From NCBI GenBank assembly GCA_963775425.1, contig CAVZJB010000008.1, positions 288,001 through 352,000 of the forward strand: a stretch of DNA of 64,000 nucleotides. Reading direction: 5' to 3'. Positions 44,347 to 55,689 of the stretch are shown here, one piece after another. A program made the translations under genes and the position numbers. The notes under the pieces were generated by a model. The model had not been told where the DNA came from. It saw nothing but the letters and a program-made list of their open reading frames with translations, and searched no databases. This stretch comes from an uncultured delta proteobacterium (GTDB taxonomy: Bacteria; Myxococcota; UBA727; VGSZ01). Within the stretch, counting starts at the first letter, position 1. Each line of letters begins with the position of its first letter.

Positions 44347-45093
44347 ATGTCGGTGCGCCTCGACGCCAGGGACCGCCTGCCGCGGCGCGTGGTGAGCGCC
44401 GGTATCGCGGCGATGGCCGGTGCCGAGCAGATCGCGAGGGCCGTGCGGCGCTTCGGCGTCGAGGGCGCGCGCGCGCTCGGCCACGCGCCGCTGCGCGGGG
44501 AGGAGCTCGAGGGGCTGCTGTTGTCCGTCCCCTACCGCGACCGCGACGTGTTCGTCGACGAGCTGCTCGGCTTCGCCGCCCCGCCGCCCGACGTCGCCGA
44601 TCTCCCGCGCGGGGCGGTGCCGTACCTGCCGTGCGGCGTCGAGGAGATCCTCGCCATGGGTCGGGAGGCGCCGCTGGCGCCGCACGACGAGCTGGTGGAC
44701 CTCGGCTCGGGCGTCGGCCGCGTCGTCATCCTCGCGCACCTGTTGTCCGGCGCGCGGAGCCGCGGCGTCGAGATTCAGCGCCCCCTGGTCGACCTCGCCG
44801 AGCTCCGCGCCGCCGAGCTCGGCCTCACCGGCGTCTCCTTCGTGCACGCCGACGCCGCCGAGGTCGCGCTCGACGGCACCGTGTTCTTCCTCTACGCGCC
44901 GTTCAACGGCGACATGTTGACGCGCGTGTTGCGGCGCCTCGAGGACGTCGCTCGCCGACGGCGCATCAAGGTGTGCACCGTCGGGCTCGAGCTGCGCGAC
45001 GTGCCCTGGCTGCGCTCGCGGCCGAGCGCGTGCGTCTCGCTGAGCCTCTATGACTCGCTCCCGCTCAGCGGGCGGCAGCGGGGGCGTAGTTGA
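44347..45093 (+). CDS. Class I SAM-dependent methyltransferase (DOT1-like motif I)
   Basis: PYLPC, LVDLGSGVGRVV, RGVEI, FVHADA, VFFLYAPF. Confidence 0.8.
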   Translation: MSVRLDARDRLPRRVVSAGIAAMAGAEQIARAVRRFGVEGARALGHAPLRGEELEGLLLSVPYRDRDVFVDELLGFAAPPPDVADLPRGAVPYLPCGVEEILAMGREAPLAPHDELVDLGSGVGRVVILAHLLSGARSRGVEIQRPLVDLAELRAAELGLTGVSFVHADAAEVALDGTVFFLYAPFNGDMLTRVLRRLEDVARRRRIKVCTVGLELRDVPWLRSRPSACVSLSLYDSLPLSGRQRGRS

Positions 45094-45824
45094 TGGACGC
45101 GGGCAGCACCAGGCCGGCGGCCGGCTCGTCGACCTCGATCTCGTCGTCGGGGATGAACGGCGGGCGGTCCACGCACAGGAGGCTCTGCTCGTCGCCCGTC
45201 GGGTTGTCGTAGCGGTGCGGGAGCTCCTTCGGCCAGTGGTGCGCGACGCCCGCGGGCACGGCCCTTCGCTGCAACAAGAATCCCGTCGGTGAGCACGAGC
45301 TCGTGCTCGTCCATCACCCGGTGCACGTGCGTGGCGATGGCGCGCCCGGGGGCGATGCGCAGGCGATAGATGCCGCAGTCGCGCGCGACGTAGACGACGT
45401 CGACGGCGCCGAACGCCTTGTCCTCGACGGTGAAGGTCTCGTCGGCGGCCGCGCGCTCGATCTCGAGCGAGGCGAGCGCGCCGCCCGCGAGCGCCTCGGG
45501 CTTGGTGAGCTTCACCCGCACCCGCGCCACCGCCGGCCGCGACGGCCCCGTCGTCGCCGGCGGCAACAGCAGCCAGCGCGCGAGCGCCTCGGCCGCGGTC
45601 TCGATCAGGCGGAAGCGGCTGCTCTCGAGGAGGAAGCGCAGCTCGCCGGCCACGCGGCCGTAGTCCACGGTGGCCGAGAGCGTCTCGCTCCGCGCCGACG
45701 CCCGCGTGTCGAGCCAGAGGTCGACGTCGACGACGAGCGGCTGCGGGATGTCGCGCTCGCGCGGAAAGACGCCGACGATGCAGGCCACCTCGAGGTGCCG
45801 GATGGAGAGCACGTCGAGCGTCAT
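45065..45824 (-). CDS. folB: Dihydroneopterin aldolase fused to a cupin-like domain; +1 frameshift in the G-run at 45282-45284
   Basis: CIVGVFPRERDIPQPLVVD, TVDYG, RLIETAAE, KLTKP; C-terminal THVHRVMDEHE...PHRYDN continues if one G is removed. Confidence 0.8.
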
Positions 45825-45846
45825 CGGCTGCTCCCGGGCGGCGTCG

Positions 45847-46626
45847 TCACAGCACCGCCGCGCGGCCGCCGTCGACGGGGAGGACGGCGCCGGTGACATA
45901 GGGCGAGCGCGCGAGGAAGACCACGGCGCGCGCGACGTCCTCGGGCGTGCCCTCGCGTTGCATCGGGACGCGCTTGAGGACGGAGGCGCGCTGCGCTTCG
46001 GTGAAGCCCGGCGGAAACGCCACGGTGCCCGGGGCCACGGCGTTCACGCGCACGCGCGGCGCGAGCTCGACGGCGAGGGCCTTGGTGAGCATCACGACGC
46101 CTGCCTTGGACACGCTGTAGTGGGCGTAGCCACGCACCGGGCGCTCCGCCGCGATGTCGGCGACGTGCACCACGCACGGCCCACCCGTCGACGACGAAGC
46201 GCCGGCGCGCTCGAGCGCGGGCATCAAGCGCTGCGTGAGGAAGAACGGCGCCTCGAGGTTCAAGCGCTGCATCGCCCGGTAGCGCGCGCGGTCGATGTCC
46301 GCGAACGGCAGCTTCTCGAAGGCGGCGGCGCTGTGCACGAGGACGTCGACGCCGCAGGGGCCGCCGCGCCCCGCGGCGATCGCGTCGACGCGCGCGGCGA
46401 ACGCGTCGACGCCGTCGTCGTCGCCGAGGTCGGCGCGCTCGACATAGGCGCGCCGCCCATGGGCCTCGACGGCGCGCGCGGTCTCCTGGGCGGCGCCGCT
46501 CGAGCGGTGCGCGTGCACCACGACGTCGAAGCCGTCGCCCGCGAGGGCGACGGCGATGGCGCGCCCGACGCGCACCCCGGCCCCGGTGACGACGGCGAGC
46601 GGTCCGGGAGCACCCTCGGGAGACAC
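45847..46626 (-). CDS. Pteridine reductase-like SDR (FolM/PTR1-like)
   Basis: TGAGVRVGRAIA, NLEAPF, YSVSKAG, RVNAVAPG; adjacent to folB. Confidence 0.8.
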   Translation of the reverse strand: MSPEGAPGPLAVVTGAGVRVGRAIAVALAGDGFDVVVHAHRSSGAAQETARAVEAHGRRAYVERADLGDDDGVDAFAARVDAIAAGRGGPCGVDVLVHSAAAFEKLPFADIDRARYRAMQRLNLEAPFFLTQRLMPALERAGASSSTGGPCVVHVADIAAERPVRGYAHYSVSKAGVVMLTKALAVELAPRVRVNAVAPGTVAFPPGFTEAQRASVLKRVPMQREGTPEDVARAVVFLARSPYVTGAVLPVDGGRAAVL

Positions 46627-46637
46627 GCGCGGGCCGC

Positions 46638-48605
46638 CTACTTGAGCCTGGCCTTCAAGAGGTCGCCGAGGGTGCCGAGGCCGCCGCCGCCCGACTTGTC
46701 GGACTTGTACTGGTCGACGAGGGCGCGCTCCTCGGCCTGCTCACGCGCGGTCTTTGAGACCTTCAGGCGGCCGCGCTCGTCGACGTCGATGACCAGGAGC
46801 TGGAGCTTTGTCCCCAGGGGGAACGCCTTGTTCAGGTCGGAGCCGCGCGGGGTGCCCGTCTCCGACGCCGGCATGAACGCGCTCTGCCCGGCGAGCTCCG
46901 CCGGCGCCTCGATCTTCACGAAGACGCCGAAGCGCTCCACGCGATCCACCGCGGCGTCGACCTGCGCCCCGCGCGCCACGCGCCTGCCGCCCGAGCGCCC
47001 GCGGCCCTCGGAGACGTCGGCGAGCTCCGGCGGCGCGTCCTTGAGCGACAGCGAGATGCGGTGCGCCGCCTCGTCGACGGAGATCACCCGCACGCGCACC
47101 TCCTCGTCGACGTTGAGCACCTCTTTCGGGTGCCCGATGCGCCGATCGGCAATCTCGCTCACGTGCACCAGGCCCTGAACGCCGGGCCACAGCTCCACGA
47201 ACGCGCCGAACGCCTCGAGCTTCTTCACGGTGCCCACGAGCCAGTCGCCGGCCGCCATGTCGTCGAGGTGCTCGATGAAGGGATCCGGCTGCGCCGCCTT
47301 CAACGACAGCCCGATGCGGGCCTGTCCGGGACGCTTCGGGTCGTCCTCGATCTTGGTGACCTCGACGGTGACGAGATCGCCGGTCTTCAAGACCTCGCCG
47401 GGATCCTTCACGTGCCCCCAACCGAGCTGCGACAACGGGATCATGCCGTCGACGCCGCCGATGTCGACGAAGGCGCCGAAGGGCTGAAGCCGCGTGACGG
47501 TGCCCTTCACCATGGCGCCCACGGCGAGCGTGGCCATGGTCTTGTGCGCCTGCTCCTTCTTCTGCTTTTCGACGAGCGCGCGCCGCGACAGCAGCACGTT
47601 GCGCCCGTTCTCCTTCACCTCGCGCACGATGAACTCGAGGGTCTTTCCGACGAGGGACTGCGGATCGTCGACGAAGCCGGCGTCGATCTGCCCGAGCGGG
47701 CAGAAGCCGCGGGCCGAGCCCGACAGGGACACCTCGATGCCGCCCTTGTTCACGCCCGACACCGTGCCCTGCACCGGCATCTGCGACGCCTTGGCCTGCT
47801 CGAGCATGCCGACGTCGATCTGGTCGCGGCCGAGCTTGGTGGACAGGAGGATGCCCTCGGACAGCCCCACCACGAACGCGTCGATGACGTCGCCGACGTT
47901 CAGGCGCAGCTCGCCGTCCTCGTCGAGGAACTCCGCCGTCGGCGCATGCGCCTCCTGCGTCCGCGACAGCTCGAAGAAGGCCGAGTCCGTGCCGATGTGC
48001 ACGCAGCGGGCGCGCACCTTGTCGCCGACGCGCACGTCGACGCGGTCGATGGGGCCGGTCTCCGCGAGCATGGCCGCGAAGTCGCCCGGGTCGCCCGTCT
48101 CGACGACGACGGGCGCGATGTTGGCGAAGTCACCCGGTCCCGCGCGGGGCCCGCGCGGCCGCCCGCCCCGGTCGTCGCTCCGTCCGCGCCCGCCGCGGGG
48201 CCGCCCGCCCTCGGGGCCGCGCCCGCCGCGCCCCGCGCCGCCGGCGTCGTCGACCATGGGCCGCTCGACGGTGGTGGCGTCGGAGGCGGGCGCGCCCTCG
48301 ACGGTGGCGGCGTTTTCGAGGGAGCCCTCGGTGGTGCCGCGGGGCGTCACGTTGGTGGGCCCGTCGTTGGGCCTGGGCTTGCGGTAGATCTCCGGCTCGC
48401 GGCGCTTGCCCTTGGCCTCGCGCCCGCCGTCGCGGGAGCGGCGCACGGTGGACGGCGGCGGCTGGAGGTGGGTGGGGTCCACGCGCTTGCCCGTGTCGAC
48501 GGCCGTGATCTTCACGTCGTCGGGGGCGGCCGGGGGCTCGCTCGCGGGGGCGTCGCCGGCGGGGGGCACCTCCGCCGTGGTCTCGGTCTTGTCGTCGACG
48601 GGCAT
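46638..48605 (-). CDS. Multi-S1-domain RNA-binding protein (ribosomal protein S1-like)
   Basis: Repeated G.V.RL.PFGAFVD.GG.DG / FGAFVEL.PGVQGLVHVSEI S1 motifs; C-terminal LGTLGDLLKARL; long disordered RGG-rich N-terminus. Confidence 0.88.
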   Translation of the reverse strand: MPVDDKTETTAEVPPAGDAPASEPPAAPDDVKITAVDTGKRVDPTHLQPPPSTVRRSRDGGREAKGKRREPEIYRKPRPNDGPTNVTPRGTTEGSLENAATVEGAPASDATTVERPMVDDAGGAGRGGRGPEGGRPRGGRGRSDDRGGRPRGPRAGPGDFANIAPVVVETGDPGDFAAMLAETGPIDRVDVRVGDKVRARCVHIGTDSAFFELSRTQEAHAPTAEFLDEDGELRLNVGDVIDAFVVGLSEGILLSTKLGRDQIDVGMLEQAKASQMPVQGTVSGVNKGGIEVSLSGSARGFCPLGQIDAGFVDDPQSLVGKTLEFIVREVKENGRNVLLSRRALVEKQKKEQAHKTMATLAVGAMVKGTVTRLQPFGAFVDIGGVDGMIPLSQLGWGHVKDPGEVLKTGDLVTVEVTKIEDDPKRPGQARIGLSLKAAQPDPFIEHLDDMAAGDWLVGTVKKLEAFGAFVELWPGVQGLVHVSEIADRRIGHPKEVLNVDEEVRVRVISVDEAAHRISLSLKDAPPELADVSEGRGRSGGRRVARGAQVDAAVDRVERFGVFVKIEAPAELAGQSAFMPASETGTPRGSDLNKAFPLGTKLQLLVIDVDERGRLKVSKTAREQAEERALVDQYKSDKSGGGGLGTLGDLLKARLK

Positions 48606-48710
48606 CGCGGATCTCCTGCTCGGGGAGCCATGCCGTGTCCGCCGTCTGTCGGCAACGGCCCGCGTGGACCCCGCCGCCTTCGACGGGGTCCAAGGCGGTC
48701 GTCGCGCCGC

Positions 48711-49214
48711 TCAGATCGTGAGCTGGCCGGAGCGCAGCAGGTAGGCGAGCTGCCTCCTCTGCTCGGCGTCCAGCATGGCGTGGGTGCGCTTGAGCGCCTT
48801 GACCACGGCCTCCCGCAGCCGCTCCGCGCTCTTCACGCGGGCGCCGGCGGCGGACTTGGCGCCGTCCTCGTCGAAGGCGTCGCCGGCGAGGCAGTCGGCG
48901 AAGGAGCCGACGCTGCGCCGGTGATCCACCGAGGCCTGCGCCCGCTCGGTCTTCAGCTCGTCGAGGATGGCGGCGAGCTCGGCCACCTGGCTCTCGTTGA
49001 GCTCGAGCCTGTGGGCCATGAAGCGCAGCGGCCGGCGCACGCCGAAGCCGCCGCCGCCGTCCTCCATCGCGAACCAGCTCTCGACGTCCTCGCGGGACCG
49101 CCGCGCTTGCCGGCCATAGCCGTACGCGGGGCCGCAGCCGGCGCCGCAGGAGGCGCCCCCCTGCTGGGATTGGCGCTGTTGCTCTTTCCACCAGTGCATG
49201 AAGCCTGGATGCAT
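48711..49214 (-). CDS. Spy/CpxP (LTXXQ)-like helical protein
   Basis: RPLRFMAHRLELNESQ, HAMLDAEQRRQLA; AAGGAG RBS. Confidence 0.7.
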   Translation of the reverse strand: MHPGFMHWWKEQQRQSQQGGASCGAGCGPAYGYGRQARRSREDVESWFAMEDGGGGFGVRRPLRFMAHRLELNESQVAELAAILDELKTERAQASVDHRRSVGSFADCLAGDAFDEDGAKSAAGARVKSAERLREAVVKALKRTHAMLDAEQRRQLAYLLRSGQLTI

Positions 49215-49301
49215 GCTGACTCCTTCTCGCCCGGGCATGGCCGCGGGCGGGGACTTCGACCCGGGCGACATGCCGCGGGTCCCCTGGATTGTAGGCAGGC
49301 G

Positions 49302-49712
49302 TCAGCGCCGGGCAACGGCGGATTGGCGGAGCTTCCCGGGGAGCGCGACGTCGAGGGCGCGGAGCAGATCTCCATACCCGAGGGGCTTTGTGAGATACGC
49401 CGTGGCCCCGATGCGCAGGCCCCGCTCGACGTCGGCGGCATGGCCGAGCGTGGTGATGATGATGATGGGGAGGTCCTTGAGCCGCGGGTCGTTGCGCGCC
49501 TGGTCGAGGACCTGCAGGCCCGTCACCCCGGGCATGTGGATGTCGAGGAGGGCGGCGTCCACGGGGGTTTGCTGCAGCAGGGCGAAGGCCTCGGTGCCGG
49601 AGCTCGCCTCGATCACGGAGAAGCCCAGCCGCTCGAGCCAGGTGCGCAGCAACATGCGCATGACGCGGGCGTCGTCGGCGACGAGGACACGGGCGCGCGG
49701 CGGCTCGCTCAC
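49302..49712 (-). CDS. Single-domain response regulator (CheY-like)
   Basis: VLVADD, LLDIHMPGVTG, IIITT, AYLTKP. Confidence 0.9.
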   Translation of the reverse strand: MSEPPRARVLVADDARVMRMLLRTWLERLGFSVIEASSGTEAFALLQQTPVDAALLDIHMPGVTGLQVLDQARNDPRLKDLPIIIITTLGHAADVERGLRIGATAYLTKPLGYGDLLRALDVALPGKLRQSAVARR

Positions 49713-49803
49713 ACAGGCTTGATACCCCGGCCGGACACGAAAAGACCACGCCTTGCCCCCGGCGGCCCGCTTGCTACGGTGCTTGTCTCGTCGAGACGGA
49801 GCC

Positions 49804-50385
<582 letters not shown>

Positions 50386-50388
50386 GCG

Positions 50389-51555
50389 CTACGGGCGCAT
50401 CAACACCTTGATGCAGCCCTCGCGCTTGTGCCGGAACACCTCGTACATCTCGGCGGCCTCGTCGAGGCGCCGCCGGTGCGTGACCACGAACGAGGGATCG
50501 AGCTTGTCCTCGAGGATCAGCGCGAGCAGCTTCTTGGTGTAGCGCTGCACGTGCGTCTGCCCCGTGCGGATGGTGAGCGCCTTGTTCATCGCCGCGCCGA
50601 AGGGAAGCCGGTCGACGCCGCCGTAGATCCCGGGCACGGAGACCACGCCGCCCTTTCTGCAGAGGCGCAGCGCCATGCGCAGCACGTGGGCGCGGTCGTG
50701 GTCGATGTGCACGGCCTGGCGGACGATGTCGCCGAGGGCGTCGGCGGAGAAGCCGTGGGCCTCCATGCCGACGGCGTCGATGACGGCGTCGGGGCCGAGG
50801 CCGCCGGTGAGCTCCTTCACCTTGCCGGTGACGTCCTCGTTGTCGTCGAGGATGACGTCGGCGCCGGCGAGGTCGCGCGCGGCCGCCAGTCGCTCGAGCA
50901 CGCGGTCCACGGCGACGACGCGCCCGGCGCCGAGGAGCTTGGCGCTCTTGATGGCGAGCAGGCCCACGGGCCCGCAGCCGAAGACGAGCACCGTCTGGCC
51001 GGGCTCGATGTCGCACTGCTCCGCCGCCATGTACCCGGTGGGAAAGACGTCGGTGAGCATCAAGAGCTTGTCGTCGGGGACGTCGCGCGGGAGCACCACG
51101 GGGCCCACGTCGGCGAAGGGCACGCGCACGTACTCGGCCTGCCCGCCGGCGTAGCCGCCGGTGAGGTGCGAGAAGCCGAACAGCCCCGCCGTCGACGTGC
51201 CGAGCACCTTCTCGGCGAGCGCCGCGTTGGGGTTGGTGTTGTCGCAGCACGAGTACAGGGAGCGCCGGCAGAAGAAGCACTGCCCGCACGCGATGCAGAA
51301 GGGCACCGCCACGCGATCGCCCTTCTTGAGCTTGGTCACCGCGGGGCCGACGTCGACGACCTCGCCCATGAACTCGTGGCCGAGGATGTCGCCGGGGCGC
51401 ATGCCCGGCATGTGGCCGCCGTAGAGGTGCAGATCGGAGCCGCAGATCGCCGTCGACGCCACGGCGACGATGCAGTCGTGCGGGTTCAACAGCTTCGGGT
51501 CCGGCACGGTCTCGACGCGCACGTCCTTCTTGCCGTGCCAGACCACCGCCTTCAT
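50389..51555 (-). CDS. Zinc-dependent alcohol dehydrogenase (formaldehyde-dehydrogenase-like MDR)
   Basis: [23 protein letters not shown]...[18 protein letters not shown]. Confidence 0.93.
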   Translation of the reverse strand: MKAVVWHGKKDVRVETVPDPKLLNPHDCIVAVASTAICGSDLHLYGGHMPGMRPGDILGHEFMGEVVDVGPAVTKLKKGDRVAVPFCIACGQCFFCRRSLYSCCDNTNPNAALAEKVLGTSTAGLFGFSHLTGGYAGGQAEYVRVPFADVGPVVLPRDVPDDKLLMLTDVFPTGYMAAEQCDIEPGQTVLVFGCGPVGLLAIKSAKLLGAGRVVAVDRVLERLAAARDLAGADVILDDNEDVTGKVKELTGGLGPDAVIDAVGMEAHGFSADALGDIVRQAVHIDHDRAHVLRMALRLCRKGGVVSVPGIYGGVDRLPFGAAMNKALTIRTGQTHVQRYTKKLLALILEDKLDPSFVVTHRRRLDEAAEMYEVFRHKREGCIKVLMRP

Positions 51556-52166
51556 GCGTCACCCCCTCGCCGGGCGGGATCGTCGAGGAGCAGGCCACGG
51601 CGACCGGCGCCGACGGACTGCCCCTGCACCGTGGGCGCCTCGCCCGTCTCGAGCTCGGCCTTGAAGCGCCGCAGGTCGTCCTTCGCCGCGGCGACCAGGC
51701 TCCGGTCGAAGCGGCCGGCGGCGGGCTCGTAGCCGAGCTCGACGTGCAGCACCGTTCCGCCGGGGACGGCCTCGAAGCGCAGCGTGCCGCTCGCACGCAA
51801 TTCGGGCGCGGGGATGGAGCGCCAACTGAGCTGCTCGCCCGGCCGGTCCTCGGTGATCGCCGCGTCCCACTCGAGGGCGTCGGCGTTGGCGCCGGCGAGG
51901 TGCGCCTTCCAGTGGAAGCGCCCGTCTCCGAGATCGGCGACGTCGTCGACGTGGCGCAGCACGCGCGGCAGGCGGGTCAGGTCGCGCCACGCGCGGTAGA
52001 CGTCGTCGGGCGAGCGCGCGAGGTGCAGCGAGGTGCGGATGGAGATCACACGCCCCTTCTTCGGCCTGCGGGCGGCGACGCGGCGGACGGCGAAGAGCAC
52101 GAGCGCTCCGCCGGACGCGGCGTAGATCAGGCGGCGGGCGAGGGTGCCGGCGGTGAGCTTCGCCAT
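51552..52166 (-). CDS. SRPBCC (polyketide cyclase-like) protein
   Basis: [45 protein letters not shown]; ATGA overlap with the ADH gene. Confidence 0.88.
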   Translation of the reverse strand: MAKLTAGTLARRLIYAASGGALVLFAVRRVAARRPKKGRVISIRTSLHLARSPDDVYRAWRDLTRLPRVLRHVDDVADLGDGRFHWKAHLAGANADALEWDAAITEDRPGEQLSWRSIPAPELRASGTLRFEAVPGGTVLHVELGYEPAAGRFDRSLVAAAKDDLRRFKAELETGEAPTVQGQSVGAGRRGLLLDDPARRGGDA

Positions 52167-52231
52167 GGGAGTGCCTCCGTCTTGGAGCTAACCAGTCCGA
52201 CGCGTCGCGGCCGGATCGATAAAATGACGTC

Positions 52232-52750
52232 ATGCTCACGGCGGTGCTGATCATGACGACGCAGTTGGCGACCGAGCCTCCGATGACCGTGACCACCTCG
52301 TCCTTCCAGGATCACGCGGCGATCCCGAAGGAGCACACGTGCCAGGGCAAGGACCAGAGCTGGTCGTTGTCGATCACGGGTGTGCCCAAGGAGGCGAAGA
52401 GCCTCGCCGTCGTCGTCCACGACCCCGACGCCCCCGACCCCAAGGCGCCGCGGCCCGGCGGTTGGACGCACTGGGTGCTCTACGATCTGCCGCCGTCGAC
52501 GACGGAGCTCGCCGCCGGCGTCTCCGCGGCCGCGCTGCCGCACGGCACGCTCCAGGGCAGAAACGACTGGAAGAAGCCCGGCTTTCGCGGCCCCTGTCCC
52601 CCGGTGGGCAGGCACCGCTACGTCACCACGGTCTACGCCGTCGACACGGTGCTCGGGGACCTCAAGGAGCCCCCACGGGAAGCGCTGCTCAAGGCCATGG
52701 ACGGCCACGTCGTCGCCAAGGCCGAGCTCACGGGCACCTACCAGAAGTAG
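52232..52750 (+). CDS. YbhB/YbcL (PEBP) family protein
   Basis: HTCQGKD, VHDPDAP, WTHWVLYDLP, GPCPPVGRHRY. Confidence 0.92.
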   Translation: MLTAVLIMTTQLATEPPMTVTTSSFQDHAAIPKEHTCQGKDQSWSLSITGVPKEAKSLAVVVHDPDAPDPKAPRPGGWTHWVLYDLPPSTTELAAGVSAAALPHGTLQGRNDWKKPGFRGPCPPVGRHRYVTTVYAVDTVLGDLKEPPREALLKAMDGHVVAKAELTGTYQK

Positions 52751-52802
52751 CCCGCTGCGCCGGCGGCGCCGTCGGAGCCTGAGCGCGCGGTATCGTGCCC
52801 CC

Positions 52803-53729
52803 ATGTCCCTCGTGGATCCCCACTTCGAGCGCATCGCGCGCCGCCTGCGCACGCTGACGCTGTGCGCGCCCGACGCCGAGGACGGCTCGCTCGAGGAGCG
52901 GCCGGGCTCGCCGTTCGGGCGGGTGTCGCCGCGCCTGGTGGGGCAGTACACGGCGAGCGGCCTGCGCGCGGCCATCGGCGAGTACGGCCTGGCCAAGAAG
53001 CTCGAGGACAAGGGCCTCGGCGACTTCCAGGTGGTGATCAGCGAGGAGGACGCGTTCCGCCAGCGCCTCGAGGTGCTGCTGCCGGAGGGCAGCGCCCCCG
53101 ACCGCCACCTCATGGATCTGCGCCTGCATCTGCGCTCGGTGACGCTGCCGCCGCCGTCCGGCGCCCCGCCGGCGGCCGCGCCCGCGCCGCTCGCCGTCGT
53201 CGTCGTCGAGTGGCTCTTGATGCAGAACCCCCGCGCGCGCTTCACCAAGGAGCGCCCGCGGCTGCCGGGGCAGGAGTACCCGGGCACCGGCCTCGGCGGC
53301 GCCGTCGCCCAGCTCCTCGTCCTCATGTGTCGCCGCATCGGGCGCGACGGCCTCATCGTGGTGCCCGCGCGCTTCCACCTCGCCGAGCTGTACACGCGCG
53401 CCGGTTGGCTGGCCCCGGGCCCCAGCGCCGACCGCGACTTCGAGGATGTGCTGGCGGCCGCGCGCAAGCTGACGTTCCCGGCGCGGGCGTGGGCGACCGA
53501 GCGCGGCTTCGTCATCGACGAGGACGGCGCCCCGTTCGTGTATCACCCCGAGGAGCGGGCGCTGCCGGTGTCGGACCGCATGGCCAAGGCCCTCGCCCCC
53601 GGCGGCTTGTTGTGGCTGGCCCGGCTGCTCGAGCCGCGGCGGAGCTTCGCCGTCGACGTCGACGGCCTCGCCCGCTCCCTGCGCACCGATCCCGTCGAAG
53701 GCATGGACCCGGGCGCGCTCGTCCAGTAA
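52803..53729 (+). CDS. Hypothetical protein resembling the C-terminal domain of myxobacterial histone-deacetylase-family proteins
   Basis: EWLLMQNPRARFTKERPRLPGQEYPGTGLG, DGLIVVPARFHLAELY; family recalled from memory, not searched. Confidence 0.55.
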   Translation: MSLVDPHFERIARRLRTLTLCAPDAEDGSLEERPGSPFGRVSPRLVGQYTASGLRAAIGEYGLAKKLEDKGLGDFQVVISEEDAFRQRLEVLLPEGSAPDRHLMDLRLHLRSVTLPPPSGAPPAAAPAPLAVVVVEWLLMQNPRARFTKERPRLPGQEYPGTGLGGAVAQLLVLMCRRIGRDGLIVVPARFHLAELYTRAGWLAPGPSADRDFEDVLAAARKLTFPARAWATERGFVIDEDGAPFVYHPEERALPVSDRMAKALAPGGLLWLARLLEPRRSFAVDVDGLARSLRTDPVEGMDPGALVQ

Positions 53730-53739
53730 GTCCCCGCAG

Positions 53740-54380
<641 letters not shown>

Positions 54381-54384
<4 letters not shown>

Positions 54385-55622
54385 CCCCGCTCGTCGCCCT
54401 GGCGCTCGCCCTCGGTGTCGCCGCCACGCCGCCGTCGTCGCCCGCCGGGTCCGCGGCGCCGGCGCGGCCGGCGGTGCCCTGGGGCGAGGGGGGCGAAAGC
54501 AACGCCGCGGACCTCACCGTGAGCCTGGTGACCTTTGGTCCGGGCCCGGACATCACCGAGTGGTTCGGCCACAGCGCCATCATCGTCGAGGACAAGCGGC
54601 TCGGCGAGGCGCGGCTGTACAACTACGGCGAGTTCTCCTTCACCGACGACACCATCGTCCAATACGCGCTGCACGCGCTCACCTTCCACGTGGGCGAGCG
54701 CCAGGTGCTGCCCACGTTCCACCGCTACGAGGGCGAGGGCCGCGCCATCCGCGTCGACGAGCTCGCGCTCACGCCGGAGCAGCGCATGAGCGCCGCGCGC
54801 TTCCTCGCGAACAACGCGCTCCCGCAAAACGCGCTCTACGTCTACGACCACTACCTGCAAAATTGCGCCACGCGCCCGCGCGACATCATCGATCGCGCCT
54901 CGGGCGGCCGCCTGCGCGCCATCGTCAAGGCCGGGCGCATGACGTTGCGCGAGCACACGCGACGCATGACCGGCGTGAGCCCGGCGATGTCGGTGCTCAT
55001 CGACTTCCTGGAAAACGCGAGCGTCGATCGCCCGGTGACCACGTGGCAGGAGGCGTTCCTGCCCGCGGAGCTGTTGCGCCAGGTGCGCGCCGCCGGCCTG
55101 GTGAAGCGCGAGCAGGTGATCTTCGCGGGGACGCGCCCGGCCATCGCCGCGCGGGCGCCGGTGTACGCGCCCGCGCTGCTCGCCCTCGGCGTCGTCGTCG
55201 GCGGCGTCGCCGTCGCGCTGCGTCGCCGGCGCGCTCTGCGGGCGGCGTGGTCGCTGTTGTCGGGCGTGGTGTTGGGGGTGCCGGGGACCGTGCTCGCGCT
55301 CATGTGGCTCATCACCGACCACGACGTCGCGCACCGGAACGCCAACCTGTTCGTCGCAAACCCGCTCACGCTCGTGGCCGCCGCCTTGTCCCTCGCCGTG
55401 GTCATCGGCGCCTTCGCGCGCCGCAGCGCCTCGGCCCCCGCGCCCGGGGGCGGCACCCGCGTCGAGCGCGCGCTCGGCTGGCTGTGGGTGGCGCTCGTCG
55501 TCGCCGGCGTCGTCGGCGTGCCCGTCGCCCTCGTCGCCGGCCAGGACGTCTGGCAGACCTACGGCTTCGCTTTGCCCGTGCTGGCCGGCAACGCGGCTGC
55601 GTTCGCGCTCCCGAAGGTCTGA
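54381..55622 (+). CDS. DUF4105 / Lnb-like protein (periplasmic domain + ~4 TM)
   Basis: VSLVTFGPG...WFGHSAI, YNYGEF, LTPEQ, YVYDHYLQNCATRPRD, AFLP; C-terminal TMs; GTGA overlap with udk. Confidence 0.8.
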
Positions 55623-55689
55623 ACGTCCATTCTTTTCGACACCGACGTGCGCGTCGATCACGTCGTCGACATGATAACCGCGGTGCATC

